From Camelus dromedarius (taxonomy: Eukaryota): DNA of 64,000 nt. The stretch covers positions 30,382,001 through 30,446,000 of the forward strand of contig NC_087436.1 of NCBI RefSeq assembly GCF_036321535.1, in the 5' to 3' direction. Within the stretch, counting starts at the first letter, position 1. Every line of letters starts with the position of its first letter. Both the position numbers and the translations under genes were made by a program. Shown in pieces: positions 26,500 to 40,678 of the stretch. The notes under the pieces were generated by a model. It had not been told where the DNA came from. It ran no database searches and worked only from the letters and a program-made list of their open reading frames with translations.

Positions 26500-27975
26500 A
26501 AATCAAACATTCATAAATATATCAATAAATGATGATATAAGACTGTACAAATATGTAACTTCTCTTTTCCTTTCTTAATTTCTTTAAAGAAATTTCTTTA
26601 TAATTTTATAAGATAATATAAAACAATTAAAATATTATATTCTTAGTTTTCTAACATATATAGGTATATTATATATGATGATAAAAATCAAAGGAAGATA
26701 GAGGAAAATGAGCTAAATTAGAGCAATGCTGTGATGTTCTATTTAATTATGTCAGTATTAATGTAAGGTAGATGGTGATAAGCTAAGATGAATACAATAT
26801 TTAGAATTAGTACAAAGGAAATAACCTGACGTAGTATACATAGTGAAACTCTGCAGAAGAATTAAAATAACATACTGAAAAAAATATGGGAAAGAAGGCA
26901 ATAAAGGAAGAAGAGGGGGAGAAAAATAGACATGAGATGTAGAAAACAAGAAATAAATTACACACTGCATTAAATGTAAATGGATCAAACTCTCCTATTA
27001 AAGAGCTGATATTGAAAGAGCAGAAAAAAGAGCAAGATACAACTGTATGTTGTCTACTCAACACACTTAAAATTTTTTTTAAAAAGGTGAAAGTAAAAGA
27101 ATAGAAAAAGAAGTATCATGCATATAGCAACCATAAGAGTTAGGGTGGCTATATTAATATCTAAAAATAAAGGCATTAAAGCAGTAATATTAGTAGAGAC
27201 AAAAATGGATACTGTATAATAATTAAGGAGGTCAATATGTCAGAGGGATACAAAGATTACAAATGTATATGCTGACAACAACAAAGCTGAAAGTATATAA
27301 AGTAGAAAACTAACAGAATTGAAAGAAATAGATAATTCAGCAATTATAGTTGGATTTTTCTTTTCTCCACATTCAAAAATTGATTTAACAATGAAGTTAG
27401 AAAACCAGAAAGGAAACATAAAATTTGAAATGCATTATCAAAAAATTCTACTTAACTGATTTTTAAGTGGAACACTGTACCCAACGACAGAAAATGACTT
27501 TTTTTTTCAATAACACAGGGAACATTCTCCAGGAAAGAATATACTAGGCCATAAAACAAGTATAAATTTAAATGATTAAATACTTTCAAAGTATGTCCTC
27601 CAACCAGTATAAAATTAAACTGGAAATTAACAGAAGAAAGTTGGGAAATCTCAAAATACCTGGAAATCAGCAAACTTCTATATAACCCATGGGTCAAATT
27701 AAAATATTACAATAAAAAATTGAAAAAGATATTTTGAACTGACTGAAGACAAAATTGACGTGTTGAAACTTAGGAACTGCAGCTAAAGTGGCACTTAGAA
27801 GAAATTCTAGCATTTAAAACACTATATTAGAACAGAAAAAAATCTCAAATCAATAACGTAACTTTTATCTTAAAAAAACTAGAAAAAATAATATGAATCA
27901 AACCCAAGCAAGCAGAAGGGATTAAATAATAAAATCAGAGCAAAAAAATCAATGATATAGAAAACAGAGACACAC
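26500..27975 (+). mobile_element. Old L1 inter-ORF region and ORF2 endonuclease domain, disrupted
   Basis: ttaaatgtaaatggatcaaactctcctattaaa encodes LNVNGSNSPIK (ORF2 N-terminal motif); also gggtggctatattaatatc and ggaacattctccagga; many stops. Confidence 0.85.
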
Positions 27976-27979
27976 TAAA

Positions 27980-28560
27980 TGTATAGCTACTTAGGGAGCA
28001 ATAACTTCTAAAAAAATCCAGAAACTAGCCGAGTGGCTCTTACACATCAGGTGAATGAGAAATAGGAAACGCTAATATATCATCTCCTCACGGTAAGCCC
28101 CAGCCCCAGCACAGTGCCGTACAATTGGGAGAAAACTCCCAACTGCATGAGAGGCAAAGGTTTGAATCTCACATTTAGCACCCCAACTTTAAAGAATCTG
28201 AAGGACGGGCCCCCAAAACTCTTATCTCTGAAAGCCAACAAGCCTTGTGGCCACGAGACCTACAAGACTATAGCAAACACAAGCACAGTTGTTACTGAGC
28301 TTGTGAGCATTCACTGTGCTCTCTCTCCAGGGCTAAGTGCAGAAGAAACAGGCAGAAATGCCCGTCTCCCAGTCTTTCCCTGAAAAGGGTCCATTTACTT
28401 TGAAAGCTTCTGCCAAAAAGTCATGCTTCTAATTTAGCACACATCTAGGGGCTGGCTGTAATCCTCTCCAAAGACCTGGGAAACCAGTGGACTCTTCCTC
28501 TGCCATCTCCCTCTGCCCTGCTCCAAGTCGCAGAGGGATTCCTGTACACATCAACAACTG
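27980..28560 (+). mobile_element. Probable L1 5' UTR fragment of an older subfamily
   Basis: GC-richer block (acaattgggagaaaactcccaact…cccccaaaactcttatctctgaaagccaac) resembling L1M 5'-end consensus. Confidence 0.5.
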
Positions 28561-28855
28561 CTTCTTTGTTTGCTACCTACCGTATGCAACTCCTGAATGC
28601 AAGCCCATATGACTATCCGAGCCGCTTTGCTTTCTAGCTGAGACCTAGGGATTTGAGTTCAGTAGTTTCTCAATCTTGACTTGCACAGTAATTATTATTT
28701 TAAGGAATCTGCTTTATTCTGGTGCATCTGCTGCCCCTTTGTCAGAACACTGTCTCTTAGATTCTCACCTGATTTTAACAAAAGAGCAAGGAGAGTTTTC
28801 AGTGGTTTACAAATTTAATTAGATTTATCTAGATTTCTTTTGATGAGTTTTTTTC

Positions 28856-29160
28856 TTTTTGTCAAAAAAACATTTTATTGAAGTATGATTGACATACATG
28901 AAGCTATACATATTTAACATATACTATTTGATAAATTTGGAAATAAGTATGCATCCTTGAAACCATCATAATAATATATGCCATAAATATATCCATTCCC
29001 TCCAAAAGTTTCCTCTGATACTTTTAAATTTATTATTATTAGTAGCAGTAATAGTAGTAATAGTATTAGTGGTGATGGTGGTCAGTATACAGCATAAGAT
29101 TTACCCTTTCAGCAAATTTTTAAGTATACAGTATGGTGTTGTTAACTATAGGTATTTTGT
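28856..29160 (-). mobile_element. L1MA9/L1MB-like 3' end
   Basis: ttttattgaagtatgattgacatac…ccctccaaaagtttcctc…gttaactataggta; degenerate TSD tttgatgagtttttttct / ttttatgagcttattttct. Confidence 0.85.
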
Positions 29161-29489
29161 TTTATGAGCTTATTTTCTAGGTTGTAACCTTTATTAGCTT
29201 TTTAAATCCAATTTAGAATAGGAATAGTCCAGTACCAGTCAATGTGTCATATACATTTTTTCAAATGAGTTTGTCTATCACAAGGACATCTTCCTAAAAG
29301 GGAAAAAACTCTTTCTAACAGTCAGAACACACTAAAAACAACTCTTGGTCATAAGGTAACAGACTGAGGGAGGGGCTAAGCTGTAAGATGCCCCAACTAT
29401 TGCCATTCGTTCTGAATGGGCATTAGTCTTTCTGACCTCCCATCTTGAAGGCAACCTAGATAGACTTGTAAAGACTCACCTGGTTTCTG

Positions 29490-29820
29490 TCCATAGCAGT
29501 CACAAATTTCTGTCCTTTAACGCATAGTGTAAGGGCATATCTCTGTAACTGATACCTGGAAGTGGAACCTTCTGCTTATTCAGGACAAATTATAGGACTA
29601 TTCATTACAATGAGATCAACCTGAGACAGAGCACAGATTGGTGAGGAAGTGTCCATACTTGGAGGAATATTAGCAATACTCGTAACAGTGTTTGTACAGC
29701 TGTCTTTGAACATACATCCCAGCACTCTCCCTGCAACCATCTCCTCAATTATTTCTTATTAATATGCAATAAAGTAAAGATTCATTTACTGTCTTGTTGG
29801 CCATACAATGTGTTCAACAT
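29490..29820 (+). mobile_element. Degenerate LTR-like segment, probably ERVL group
   Basis: Starts agcagtcacaaatttctgtcct, AATAAA near 29768, ends ttcaaca; family not identified. Confidence 0.35.
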
Positions 29821-29822
29821 GC

Positions 29823-30530
29823 TGTTACCAGTTCCCATGGAATTATCTCAGATCTCAGTAATCAGCCCACGAAGCCCTCATCCTTCCTATCCTTAAAAGC
29901 CAGGCTGTCTCAGAATTCCATTCATGCATCCTATGAATGATCAAGCTGGTGGTGTCCTACTTAAAGTCACGACCAAGGTGGTGGAATTAGGGACTGAAAT
30001 CCAACCAGCACTATTACTCAAGTTATACACTTTGTGAGGCTGTGTTGTCATGGAGGAAGCCATGCCTTTTTATAATAGACCTTCCCAGAAGAGACTCTTT
30101 CTTTTAAAATTTATTTCTCCACAGGGTATAATAAAGGGTGTCCATTTTTTGATGTTGTACTGGTGACAGTTTTTAATCATACCCATCTCCTTTCTCCCTC
30201 ACCCTACATCTGGTCAAGCTGATAAGAAATCCTAGGTGCTCCTCCTTTGGTACCAGTGGGAAGGTCAAACCACACAATGCTTTGTTCCCAGGGAACCCTC
30301 TTTCCAGCCTCATGCCTTAATCACTGTAAAACTCCCAAGTCAGTCTCATTTCCTGACTTTCTCAATCTATTTTCAGTATTGCTTGGCAGCCACCATTTTC
30401 TTCATTATGTGAGTTACAATAAATACATTCATTTTCTTTTAGTGCATATGTGTTGTCATTAATCTAAATAACCAAACCAAATTCTGGGTGGGGGTCCATT
30501 CTGTTTTTGTATAGTGAAGTGATCAAAACA
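29823..30530 (+). mobile_element. MER21-like LTR
   Basis: ctacatctggtcaagctgataagaaa…ctttggtaccagtgggaaggtcaaacca…AATAAA…aaccaaattctgggtgggggtccattctg. The 3' end is clearer than the 5' end. Confidence 0.75.
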
Positions 30531-32699
30531 AAGGGGAAGCTTTTTTCTCAGTTCCCACAAAGGTTCAGTGTATGCTGCCAATGTATAACACGGTATGCTA
30601 GGGACAATGGTTACAAGAGGAAGAGGCAAAGTCTTATAGACAGAAGCAGAAAGGTATAGGCAAGAGCAGCAAAGGACAAAAGCAAGTGTGACTTGGAGAC
30701 AAGATACCTATATCTGGCAAAGAGCAGAATCTGCCAATGCTTGGATTATAGGAGGACTCACGGGACAATTCTGGCAGTTGGGCTAACTTTCTACCAAAAA
30801 AAGATGACCACTCCCTCTCTCATGTCCCTCAGGGGATGAAAGCATGGAACACAGCGGGTGGGGGAGCTGAGGCCACTGATTCTGTTGCCACCAGGAAGAT
30901 TCCCATGCTTTTCTGAAGTCCTTTCCAGAGTTCGGTCAGGTGTATACCATTACATTATTATGCAACTTTTTAGATGTTTAGGCATTAGGCCTTAATGCAT
31001 TTTTTTTTCCTCCAAATTTCAGTCTGTGGCCTGAAGTTATATAATGAGAATTTTTATTTTGCCTTTCATTAGATTTTTTTCTCATTGTGTATCTATTTAT
31101 TAAAGAATAAATCTTGTTAAAAGGCTGACATATTAGCCTGTGGGTTTTCATTGTTGAAGCAAATTTACTTTCTGGTTCATTTAATGATAATCAAATTATA
31201 GACACAGATAGAAAGTGAAAGGCAAGTTATTCAATCTAGCACGACCAAGGCTGCCACAGCCATGACCTGAGGATACAGATTACTTCTGCTGAAGTGATTT
31301 TAAAAGGTATTCCTTCCTTTTAGAGTTTAAATTGTATTTATAGAAATGAAGTTTTTGTTTCCGCCACTAATCTTGATCTCTGAATGGAAAAATAATTTAA
31401 AAATTTATACAAATTAAAGAGTTAAATGTGATGTTTGGGATTTTCTAAGCAAAACAACTGAAATGTTCATTTTTCAACTAGACGAAGTATTATACGTGTA
31501 ATCAATGTTATTCTCTAATTATCGCTAACTACTAATCCTATAAAAGCTGGAAATTTGCTTCACATGTGATATGGGTTACTCAGAAATTTTGAAAAATCCA
31601 AATTTTTGCCATGTGTATGTCTTTCAACTACCAGGACAGGATTTATTATTCTAATAAATCTAAAGATGCATTATTCATGCTTCTCTTAACCAAATTTATT
31701 TGTGCTTTGTTATTTTCCATTTGTTTTTTCAATTTAGTTTATTCATCTATTATGCCCATTATCTTCATTTGTGTGCATTATATTATAGTATTTGACCAAT
31801 CTCTTATCCCTTGGTGGCTTTAAAGTATCATTAGCACCATCATCATCCTAATCATCATCATTTGTCGAAGAAGAAATGTTTTATGTAGAAAACATGGTTT
31901 TCTTAAGATCCCTGGACTAGAAATCAAAAGATATGACTTCTAGGCAGTACACACCCTTGAGCAATGTGTACTATAGGTAAAGAGTAAAAAACTCAACTAC
32001 AAATTATAAAAATTAGGGTGGGAATTACCTGCCCTACTTTACTCATTGTGTACCGAATATGTCTGATAATAATAACCTGTTATTCTTCTTTCACAAGGGT
32101 TTTCCACCTGGTAATTTATGCATTTTGTAAGACAAACCTAACTTTAAGAGAGATGCTTTACATGCATACTATTTTAATATGTTTACATCAAAAAATTCAT
32201 GTTTTATTCTACTTCAGCTATTTGCTATTCAACAATAAATCCTACTATATATGGATGTGGATTTTTTTTAACTGTCAAAGACAATAATGGTTGGAATGTT
32301 GAATAAAACAAGTGGACTCTCTCTGAATGATTTGAATTAACAGTAACAATCAAGGGAGATAATTTGCAACAAGAAGCTCTTAGGATTTCAAAATGTGTCC
32401 TAAAATAATACTTCTACATAAATGAGATTACATGATTAAAAAACACTCTTAACATGAACCATATGTAATGTAAAGAAGGAATTTATAGCCTATGATATTT
32501 TTGGCATTGCAATTTTCTCTTCCTAAATTTGTAATTTGAAGAAAATCCTACAGCTTAAAATGAAAACCATTATATGAATACAGTAGGGAAATTTCTTTGA
32601 ACCCAACTTCTCAATTATTAGGTAAAAGGTAGAGACCAATGTCTTAAATTGCTTTTTGTTTATTTTCAATTCTCTTCCTTGGATTGGGGGTGGGTGGAG

Positions 32700-32713
32700 A
32701 GGTCAACATGACC
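32700..32713. promoter_or_regulatory. Consensus palindromic oestrogen response element motif (aGGTCAacaTGACC)
   Basis: Exact GGTCAnnnTGACC match at 32701-32713. Motif only, no functional evidence. Confidence 0.4.
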
Positions 32714-33739
32714 AGATCTGGTTGATCAGATTTTCAATACTGGTGAATGGCACTGAACTCCAGTTATAAACAACAGGGTATTGGATCACTCCTCCCCCTC
32801 TTCAGGTCATCATCCCTTCCCTCATGGGCTCTAAAAAACAACTCTAAGTTTTTGCAATTTAAGATGAAAACAAATGCTATTTTCACGGATTTGTCTTAAA
32901 AAGAATGACATCAGGTTTATATGCAGTGAAGAAGAAACAAATAATCTTCTGGATGTTTTTGTTTTAAGACATAAGAATTATAATTTTAATAATGTACTAT
33001 TTTGATACATTTTAACTAACTTGTTTCTACTTTTCTTTTTTTTCCTCTTTCTAATTATTTTAACTTTTCCTTGAGCTTTTCAATCCATTTACACAGCTAT
33101 ACCATGCTCTGCCGTCTCTCTATTTCTGTTAATTTCCAAACTTGGCGTCCTCTATAAGGTTGTCCTTGCAACCTGGATCTTCAGAGCAGTCTTATTTCAA
33201 AAAATACAGATGATTCTGTATCATCTGCAATAATACGTTTGTGATAACTCCTTTGAGGCAAGTAAAGAGAGTTAACTGCGTCATTATAACTTAAAAATGA
33301 CAAATGATAAATCTTTTTTATTTTAGATGTTGCACCAAATAAATTATGTCCTTTCATACATCAAATATATTCTGGTTGACACTAGACAGTGCTGACCCCA
33401 TCATGAATTTTTGGCCTGAAAACACAGTTTATATACTCTAATATATTGGCATTCAGTGTGGTTGTGAAAAAGGAAAATTCCAGAACATCTAAGTTTGTTG
33501 AAGCTGTTAATCTACAACTATTATTTGCTTTAAACATAAGTAAGTTCAAAGTATATAATTTATGTATATACTAGAGAGTTTAAGAATTGTATTTATAATG
33601 ACTACAGTTTAAAATTACTTCCAATGGACTTGCTTGACCAAAATATTCACTTTTTACTACTTAATATAAATTATGAAAATTCAGTCCAGTAGAGCTGTAT
33701 TGTTAAAGGTGGGTTTCTTCTAGATACTGTTCAGGAATA

Positions 33740-33990
33740 ATGAGAATGTTAACAACTATTACAATTGTGAACTAGGCACCAGGCTAAGCATCTCATACGC
33801 ATTACCATCTCTTTTATCTTTTACACCCATATTACATGCCTACTATTAGTGTCCCCAATCTAACTAAGAGGAAACCTGAGAGAACTGATGTAACTTCCTT
33901 AAAGTTACAGTTAGAAAAGTGGAGAATCAATATATTTTAAACTATTAACATGTGACTCTGATATTTCATACATTTGATATATACCACTTA
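33740..33990 (-). mobile_element. MIR SINE
   Basis: ctaggcaccaggctaagc…gtccccaatctaactaagaggaaacctgag…taacttccttaaagttacag. Confidence 0.7.
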
Positions 33991-34844
33991 GCACTACAAT
34001 TTTCATTTTATTGTTTTGAAAATTGTTTATATATTATCCCTTTAAATATACATGCACATATATATATTGCTTTATTTTAATTTTTATTTGTACTTTTTAA
34101 GAAAATATTTTAAGAGCAATATAATTAATCTTTCAGTATATTTTACTCATTATTTTGTACCTGGAGCATTCTTTTCTATCAACAAATGATATTAATATTC
34201 AGTGATATTATTCTTCAGGTATTTTAAATGTGATTTCATCACAATAATCATGAGATGACATATAGTAATATGGATATATTAAAGTACTGGAGAGACACTG
34301 TGATAATAGTTTCTCCTCACTTAATTGTAGGCCAAAATTTGGACATAATCTAATATTGATATTAAAAATATCTTTTCAGATATTAATTAATCATGATCTC
34401 TTCTGACATTAGAGAAAGTAAAGATCAAAAAGTAAGTATCATTTGGTTTTCCTGAAATGAATGATCACATAAAAACAACTGGCATTTAATATTACGATGT
34501 ATATTCCTAGTACTTATTCCATTATATTCTTTTATTTTATTATTTTGAAATATCCAATTTATCCTTCATTGTCTAAGTTTTCCAGAAATGCTGACTTTAA
34601 TACTGTCTGCAAATAAAACTTTAAATCCCATTCTGATATACCTTTGTACATACATGTTGAAGTTTAAATCAAACATTATTAATCTTTTGACCCTCCTTCC
34701 AACCCAAATAACTACATTATTTTTATTTGATCATAAATCATTTTTGTATTCCTCCAACATTATATTTACAATCTCCTGAGAATAAAATATGTCTTATCAA
34801 GTTCTTATCTCACATTTTATCCTCTGACCCTGCCACATTCCTCA

Positions 34845-35565
34845 TTCATCATACATTTATTTATTCTCTCAATGTTTTATGAGTGCAGTATAAATGCCAA
34901 TACTTGGCACTAATAAAACAAAGATCGGTAAGACATAATCCTTGCCTTATTTCTAACAGTTTCTGAGGAAGAGAGACTTGCAAAGAAATGAGTAAAGGGA
35001 ATGTAAGCAAAATCCTATTAAAATCAGAGAAAAGAGTTCTAAATCTAGAGAAATCAGAAAACGTTTCCTAAAGTAGTAATATTTTAGTGAGATCTTAAGA
35101 ATTTTCTAGGTGAATAGGAAAAAAGACATTCCAAGAAAGGAAACAGTAGGTGCATAAGCAGAGATAAATTCTGCTAATTATTGGGGCCAAGAATAAGAAC
35201 TGAGAATAGGAGTGGCAAGAGATGAGACAGGAAACCTAGAGAGGCCTACATGTTAAACATTATGCATCATATATTGTCATTTAAAATATTTTATCTTACT
35301 GTTAACAACAAAAAAGTCACTTATTTCCTTGGATCAGGAAATAATTGGCAATACCTGGGAAAACATTTGAGAACGGTAAAAACTGTTATGTAGCTTTTAT
35401 AAGATTCCAGGGGAGAGAAGAGGATGCTGGATTTAATACTCTGTCAGTGGATATGAATAAAGTAGGTAGAATCAAATGATAATGGGTTGACAGATTTTAT
35501 AGCATTTTAGTCACAAATTTATAATGATAAGATGATGAGACAAAAAGAGGGGTCAAAATGTTAAT
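34845..35565 (-). mobile_element. LINE-2 3' region
   Basis: cattcatcatacatttatt tail, gacataatccttgcc, acattccaagaaaggaaacag, gtggcaagagatgagacagg. Confidence 0.75.
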
Positions 35566-35838
35566 GTACTATCTCAAGCAACAGTAACCTCAAATTTGGT
35601 TTGGTTGACCAAGCCATGAAACGGTTTGAGATGGGATATCCTGCAACTCAGGAAGTCAAAAATTTTAAATGGAAGTGTTCGAATTAACTAAGTCAGTCCG
35701 TACATCATGAATTTGAAATTTATTGCAGCTTCCACATGCTTGAAAATGTGAATTTGGCATTTTGGAGTAATGTGAGGGTTTTGATATTCATTTCCTGATT
35801 TCTTCAATAAATACTTACTGAATACCTACCATGTGTCT

Positions 35839-36238
35839 TGCTATGGACTGAAATATTGATCCCCTTCAAAATTCATATATTAGAGCTTTGATCCCCAATG
35901 CGACAGTATTTGGAGATGGGCCTTCAGGAGGTAATTAGGTTACAAGGGTGAAGTCTTCAGGGACTAGTGCCCTTGTAGGAAGAATCAGGAAGGAGCTCTC
36001 TCCCTTTCTTTCCCCTCCAACCCCACCACCCCCGACCCCATCACTCCTCCACCTCATATGAAGTTACAGCAAGAAGATGGCTACCTGCTAACTGCAGAGA
36101 GTGCCCTCACAGGACATCAGATCTGTCAGCACCTTAATCTTGGACTCTCCAAACTTCAGAACTGTGGGAAATTAATGTTTGTTACTTAAGCCACCCAGTC
36201 TATGGTATTCTATTAAAGCAGCTCAAACTGACTAAGTG
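35839..36238 (+). mobile_element. MLT1A0-like MaLR solo LTR
   Basis: tgctatggactgaa…gtatttggagatgggcc…taagccacccagtctatggtatt…gactaag. Confidence 0.9.
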
Positions 36239-37914
36239 GCAGAAAGGGATGGGACAGGGTTTTACATTTATTTTTATTTGTTTTAAGTGTTTGTTTATAC
36301 AAAGAAAGATATCTAAGTAGGTTTTCTAGCAAGTGCATACACAAATACATGCAACAGAAACCTAGAATACAAAGAATTGATAAAAGACAAGGAACATGTA
36401 TCTGCATACTCAAGCCTCTGTCATGAAGATCAGCTTAAATTAGGTATGTGTTAAGGTGGGAAGGATTATAAGTGAAGAGTTTACATCAAATTGATCCTAT
36501 TCCTTTGGAGAAGTGGAAGACAAAATCAAAAGAGATCAAACATTATGAAATGGTGATGTCATGCTATAACTTGCACTTAGATTTTTCAAAAGTATTAATG
36601 TACACATTAAGGATGATTTCAGTTATCTCATGCTAAGATTTGCAATAAAACAGACTAAAAGAGATGATCCCTACCCTGAGGAAAATTATAAGCTGGGATA
36701 GAAAATGTGGACAAAGATTGCCTTTCTATGTGTATATGAGTTACTTTGGCTCTTTACTTATTAAACTCTTTTAAGACAATTAAAAATTCATTCAAAATTT
36801 GCATTTTTGGTTTGGTGGAATGTCTCTTTTCAATGGCTTGATTACCTTCTCAATAGTCAACATTGCCTTTACATGGTGAGAACACATATAACCTCAATAA
36901 GAAATAATGGCTTCCCCATATAAATGTGAATCCACAATTTTCTTAGTCATTGCATAATTTTATTGGTATTTAGGATAAATAGTAGGTTAAATATATGTTT
37001 ACTAGACTTAGAGTAGTCTAGCCAACTCACGAAATAGAGTTATATCGGAATATGTGTGATTTCCATCTAAATGCCTGAGAATTTACTTCTAATGGAAGAT
37101 ACAGACACATTTTAGCATGGCATTTTTTTTTTTGTAATTTTTTAGTAGAATCACTTTTTTTCTTTTAGCAATATAGCATATTAAAGTACTATGGAATGAA
37201 TTATTACAAACATAAAAGTTGATTTAAAAGAGACTATGCAAATGATACAACAGCAATCACCTAGTTTGGCTCTTATAACCTTGAGTGAGCTATTAATATT
37301 GACTGAAAATTCAACTATTATCCTAATAAGTTCTGAGCTTTAAAAACAATTTAGATTGTATGATTTATAACATAAAGTCTACCCGACTGTAAAAGTTACT
37401 TTAATATCAGATAGTATAAATTAATGCTAAAATGCATGGAAGAGTGACAGAAAGACCATTACAAAATTCTATTTTGGGTATTATAATAGAGATAATATGC
37501 TGCAATTTTGTTTAATGAGTTGCAATTAAGAAACTGTTTCAAGAGTTGCATGTGATTTCTTTTAATTATTAGTTATTAGTTGTTCTTGCATAAGTGTATT
37601 TAAAATCACATTATATGAACTGCAGTCAATGATAAAAACTCTTCAATATGGTAATATTTCTTATGGACTATGGATTGGTAAAATTTAAAAGGAAATACAG
37701 TATTTTTAACTATCAGCACTTACTAGAACAATATGATCATTTTTAGGAAGTCTATTACTTGTGAAATGAAAAGAACACATAACTATGCAATTTGGGTACA
37801 TTTTGACGAAAACCTAAGAAACATGATATGGAATATTTATCTCTCCAAAAGGTACTATAATTTAATGACCATCTGTAACCAAATATTTAAAATAACTGAT
37901 TAACTGAATGACTT

Positions 37915-38299
37915 ACATTCATCAGCTAGCACTGTCATAACAGATACTACAGGCTGAGTGACTTAAACAACAGAAATTTATTTTCTCTCACTTTCAGAAG
38001 CTAGAAACCTAAGATCAAATTGCTGTCACGATTGGTATCTGGTGAGGCCTTTCTTCCTGGTATGCAGATGGCTACAATCTCACATGTCTTCACAGGACCA
38101 CTGCAAGTACGAAGAGATACAGATCTCTGGTGTCTCTTCTTTTTATAAGGATACCAGTCATATTGGTCTATGGACCCACCCTTATGACCTAATTTAACCT
38201 TAACTGGCTCCTTTTAAAGACCCATCTCCAAATACAGTCACCTTAGGTGTTAGGATTTCAAAATATGAATTTGGAGGAAACACAACTCAGTCTACAACA
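37915..38299 (-). mobile_element. MLT1A/B-like MaLR solo LTR
   Basis: gacttaaacaacagaaatttattttctc…ccatctccaaatacagtcac…cacaactcagtctacaaca. Confidence 0.88.
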
Positions 38300-38889
38300 C
38301 TTAGTATGCTAAGTAATCTTTTATAGCTTTAGATTAAGAAAACATTATTTTAGGATCCTGTGATAATCAGCATAAATCTTTCTATTTTATTTCAGAGGAA
38401 GATAAAAACCCACTGAAATTAGCACTGAATTTGGAACATAAAAATGAACAATTATTACCTTCATGCTATAGCACAAATGGCATATTGCTTTGAAAAGTTT
38501 CACAATGTATAAAATATAAAAGCAATATTATTCTATTTCATATTCTATTTATATTCATAATAAATCATGAATTAACTAACTGCTAAAGCAAATACAGTTT
38601 TGCTAAGTGGGAAAAATATTTTAATATTTGAATGACTAAAAATAGAATCTTGATCGACTTCCGAGAGATTGTGGAAGGCCCTTACCATAGTAATACCAGA
38701 ACAAGCCCATCAAACACAGTTCCATATTTGTTTTGTCTTTCTTGTCTTCCCAGATTCTTGCTGAAGTTTCTAAACACTTTGTTAACCTTTTGTCAATGGT
38801 TGCCTTTTGAGTCAAGTAGTGCCTTTGGAAGCATACTATTTCATCAAGATGTGAAACAAGTACACAACACTATGACATACTCTTCAGCA

Positions 38890-39035
38890 TATTAGTATTT
38901 CAAAGAAGCTGAAAAGTCCTACAGTAAAATGACTTACTTAACTTTGTTTAATGTAACATACACTGAAATAATTTGCTTACATAACCCCTTCTGATTTCTC
39001 AGAACTCTTGTTTTAAGTAACATATTTTGGGAAAT
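38890..39035. mobile_element. MER103-like hAT-Charlie fragment
   Basis: aagtcctacagtaaaatgacttacttaactttgtttaat…catattttgggaaat. Confidence 0.55.
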
Positions 39036-39589
39036 AAATGTGTAAAACAACTCAAGACCCTTTCTCAGTGATACATGGAAGAAGAACATTTTGCTGAACA
39101 TGAAATAATTATATTAAAACAGGCATTTCTAGGACCACACAACATTCAACTTATGCAAAGACAACCTGAAACAGATTGTTCTAGAAGACAGAGAAAAATT
39201 AAAAAGAATCCAGGGCATAAACAAACACCAGAAAGTGAGAGTGTGAAGTGGACAGAAACTTTCTCAGTGATAAACTGACACGATGTTTCTAAGACTGTGT
39301 GTGTAATCTCTTAATTTACTTCATTCTCAAAAGAGAAATATTTAAATGGAAAGACAACTGAATCAGAGAAGAAAACTCAAATACAAAGTGACACTACATG
39401 TCTTATATTGAATGGAACAGTTATTTTTGCTACATCAAGTATTTAAACATACCATTTTCATGGAATGTTTATCATGTTAAATTCTCTGCAAACTAAAATA
39501 ACAACAATAACAACAACAACAAAAAGAATTAGTGCTCACACCTATATGTAAGACCATCCAAAAACATGTAAGCCAATTAGTGTATTTTA

Positions 39590-40020
39590 TTTTAAGAGTG
39601 ATGGGGATTTGAGCAAAGAAGTAACACAATCAGGTTTAGGTTTTAAAAGGTTCGCTCTGACTGCTGCGTGGGAATCAAGAATTGGTGGCGGGAGAGCTTG
39701 AAGTATCTGATGAGTTAAAAAGTTAAGCGATTCTCCAGGGGAGATTTAAGGCTTGCTTCAAGTAGGGCATTTGTGGTAGAGGTTTAAAGAAAGTTAATAA
39801 GTATCTGTATTTTAAGTGCAAGCGAACAGTATTTTCTGATGGATTAGATGGAAAACATGAGAGAGAGCATGAGTGAAACATAGTAACTCTAAGACTTTTC
39901 ACATGACTGGCTAAAGAGAAATACTATTTGCTTTAAATAGAAAAATCAAGAGAAGGAATACATTTTGGAGAAAAAGGAATCAAGAATATTTTTAACATAA
40001 TCTGTTAAAAAGGGTCTCGG
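39590..40020 (-). mobile_element. LINE-2 fragment
   Basis: gttttaaaaggttcgctctgactgctgcgtgg…ttttctgatggattagatg. Confidence 0.75.
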
Positions 40021-40299
40021 AATCTTACTCAATTGAACGGTGGGTTTATAATATAAGGTGAAGTTGAAGGTATCTATTATAGTTTTTTAAAGCACTTATC
40101 ACAAATGTGGATTTAAGGAATTAGTTTTAAACACAGCTATTATAGGCATGCTGATAGTTTATTATTATAAAAGGGAAAATAATAGTAAAAAATTTCTTGA
40201 TGTGATGTAAGAACTTATACAATTCACTCACTGTATAAATGTGGCTACTATAAGCTCTGTATTATATTAACTCCTGGTATTTCCAATATGAGCAGAAGT

Positions 40300-40678
40300 G
40301 ATCAAGAATCTCCCTGTTCTCCCCTTAGCCTTAAGAATCTAGTGATAAAGACAAATACTAGTTATGTTATTTGATGAAAGCTCTGTGGGGCTCTATGTGA
40401 ACTAGTAATAGAGAGAGCAGGTCTTCCACAGGTGGAAGGGGAAGGCCTCCTTGAGGAAAAATGGAGAATAATTTGGAGCTGACCATATCATACAGGAGGG
40501 AGGATGAGGAGGTTAAGATTCTGGGAGAATTTCGAGGAACAAAACAAAATCTGATCACTCACAAAATATACTGAATATGACAGAGCTATTTTAGTGACAT
40601 GAATTTAGTTTTGCTAAAATGGTGTGCATTGGAGCTAGGTGGTAAAATGTCTGAAGACAGATTTAAAGGAGAGCAAAC
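40300..40678 (-). mobile_element. LINE-2 fragment interrupted by a younger L1
   Basis: ggggaaggcctccttgaggaaa…ggagctgacc…gaggaacaaaac. Confidence 0.55.
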
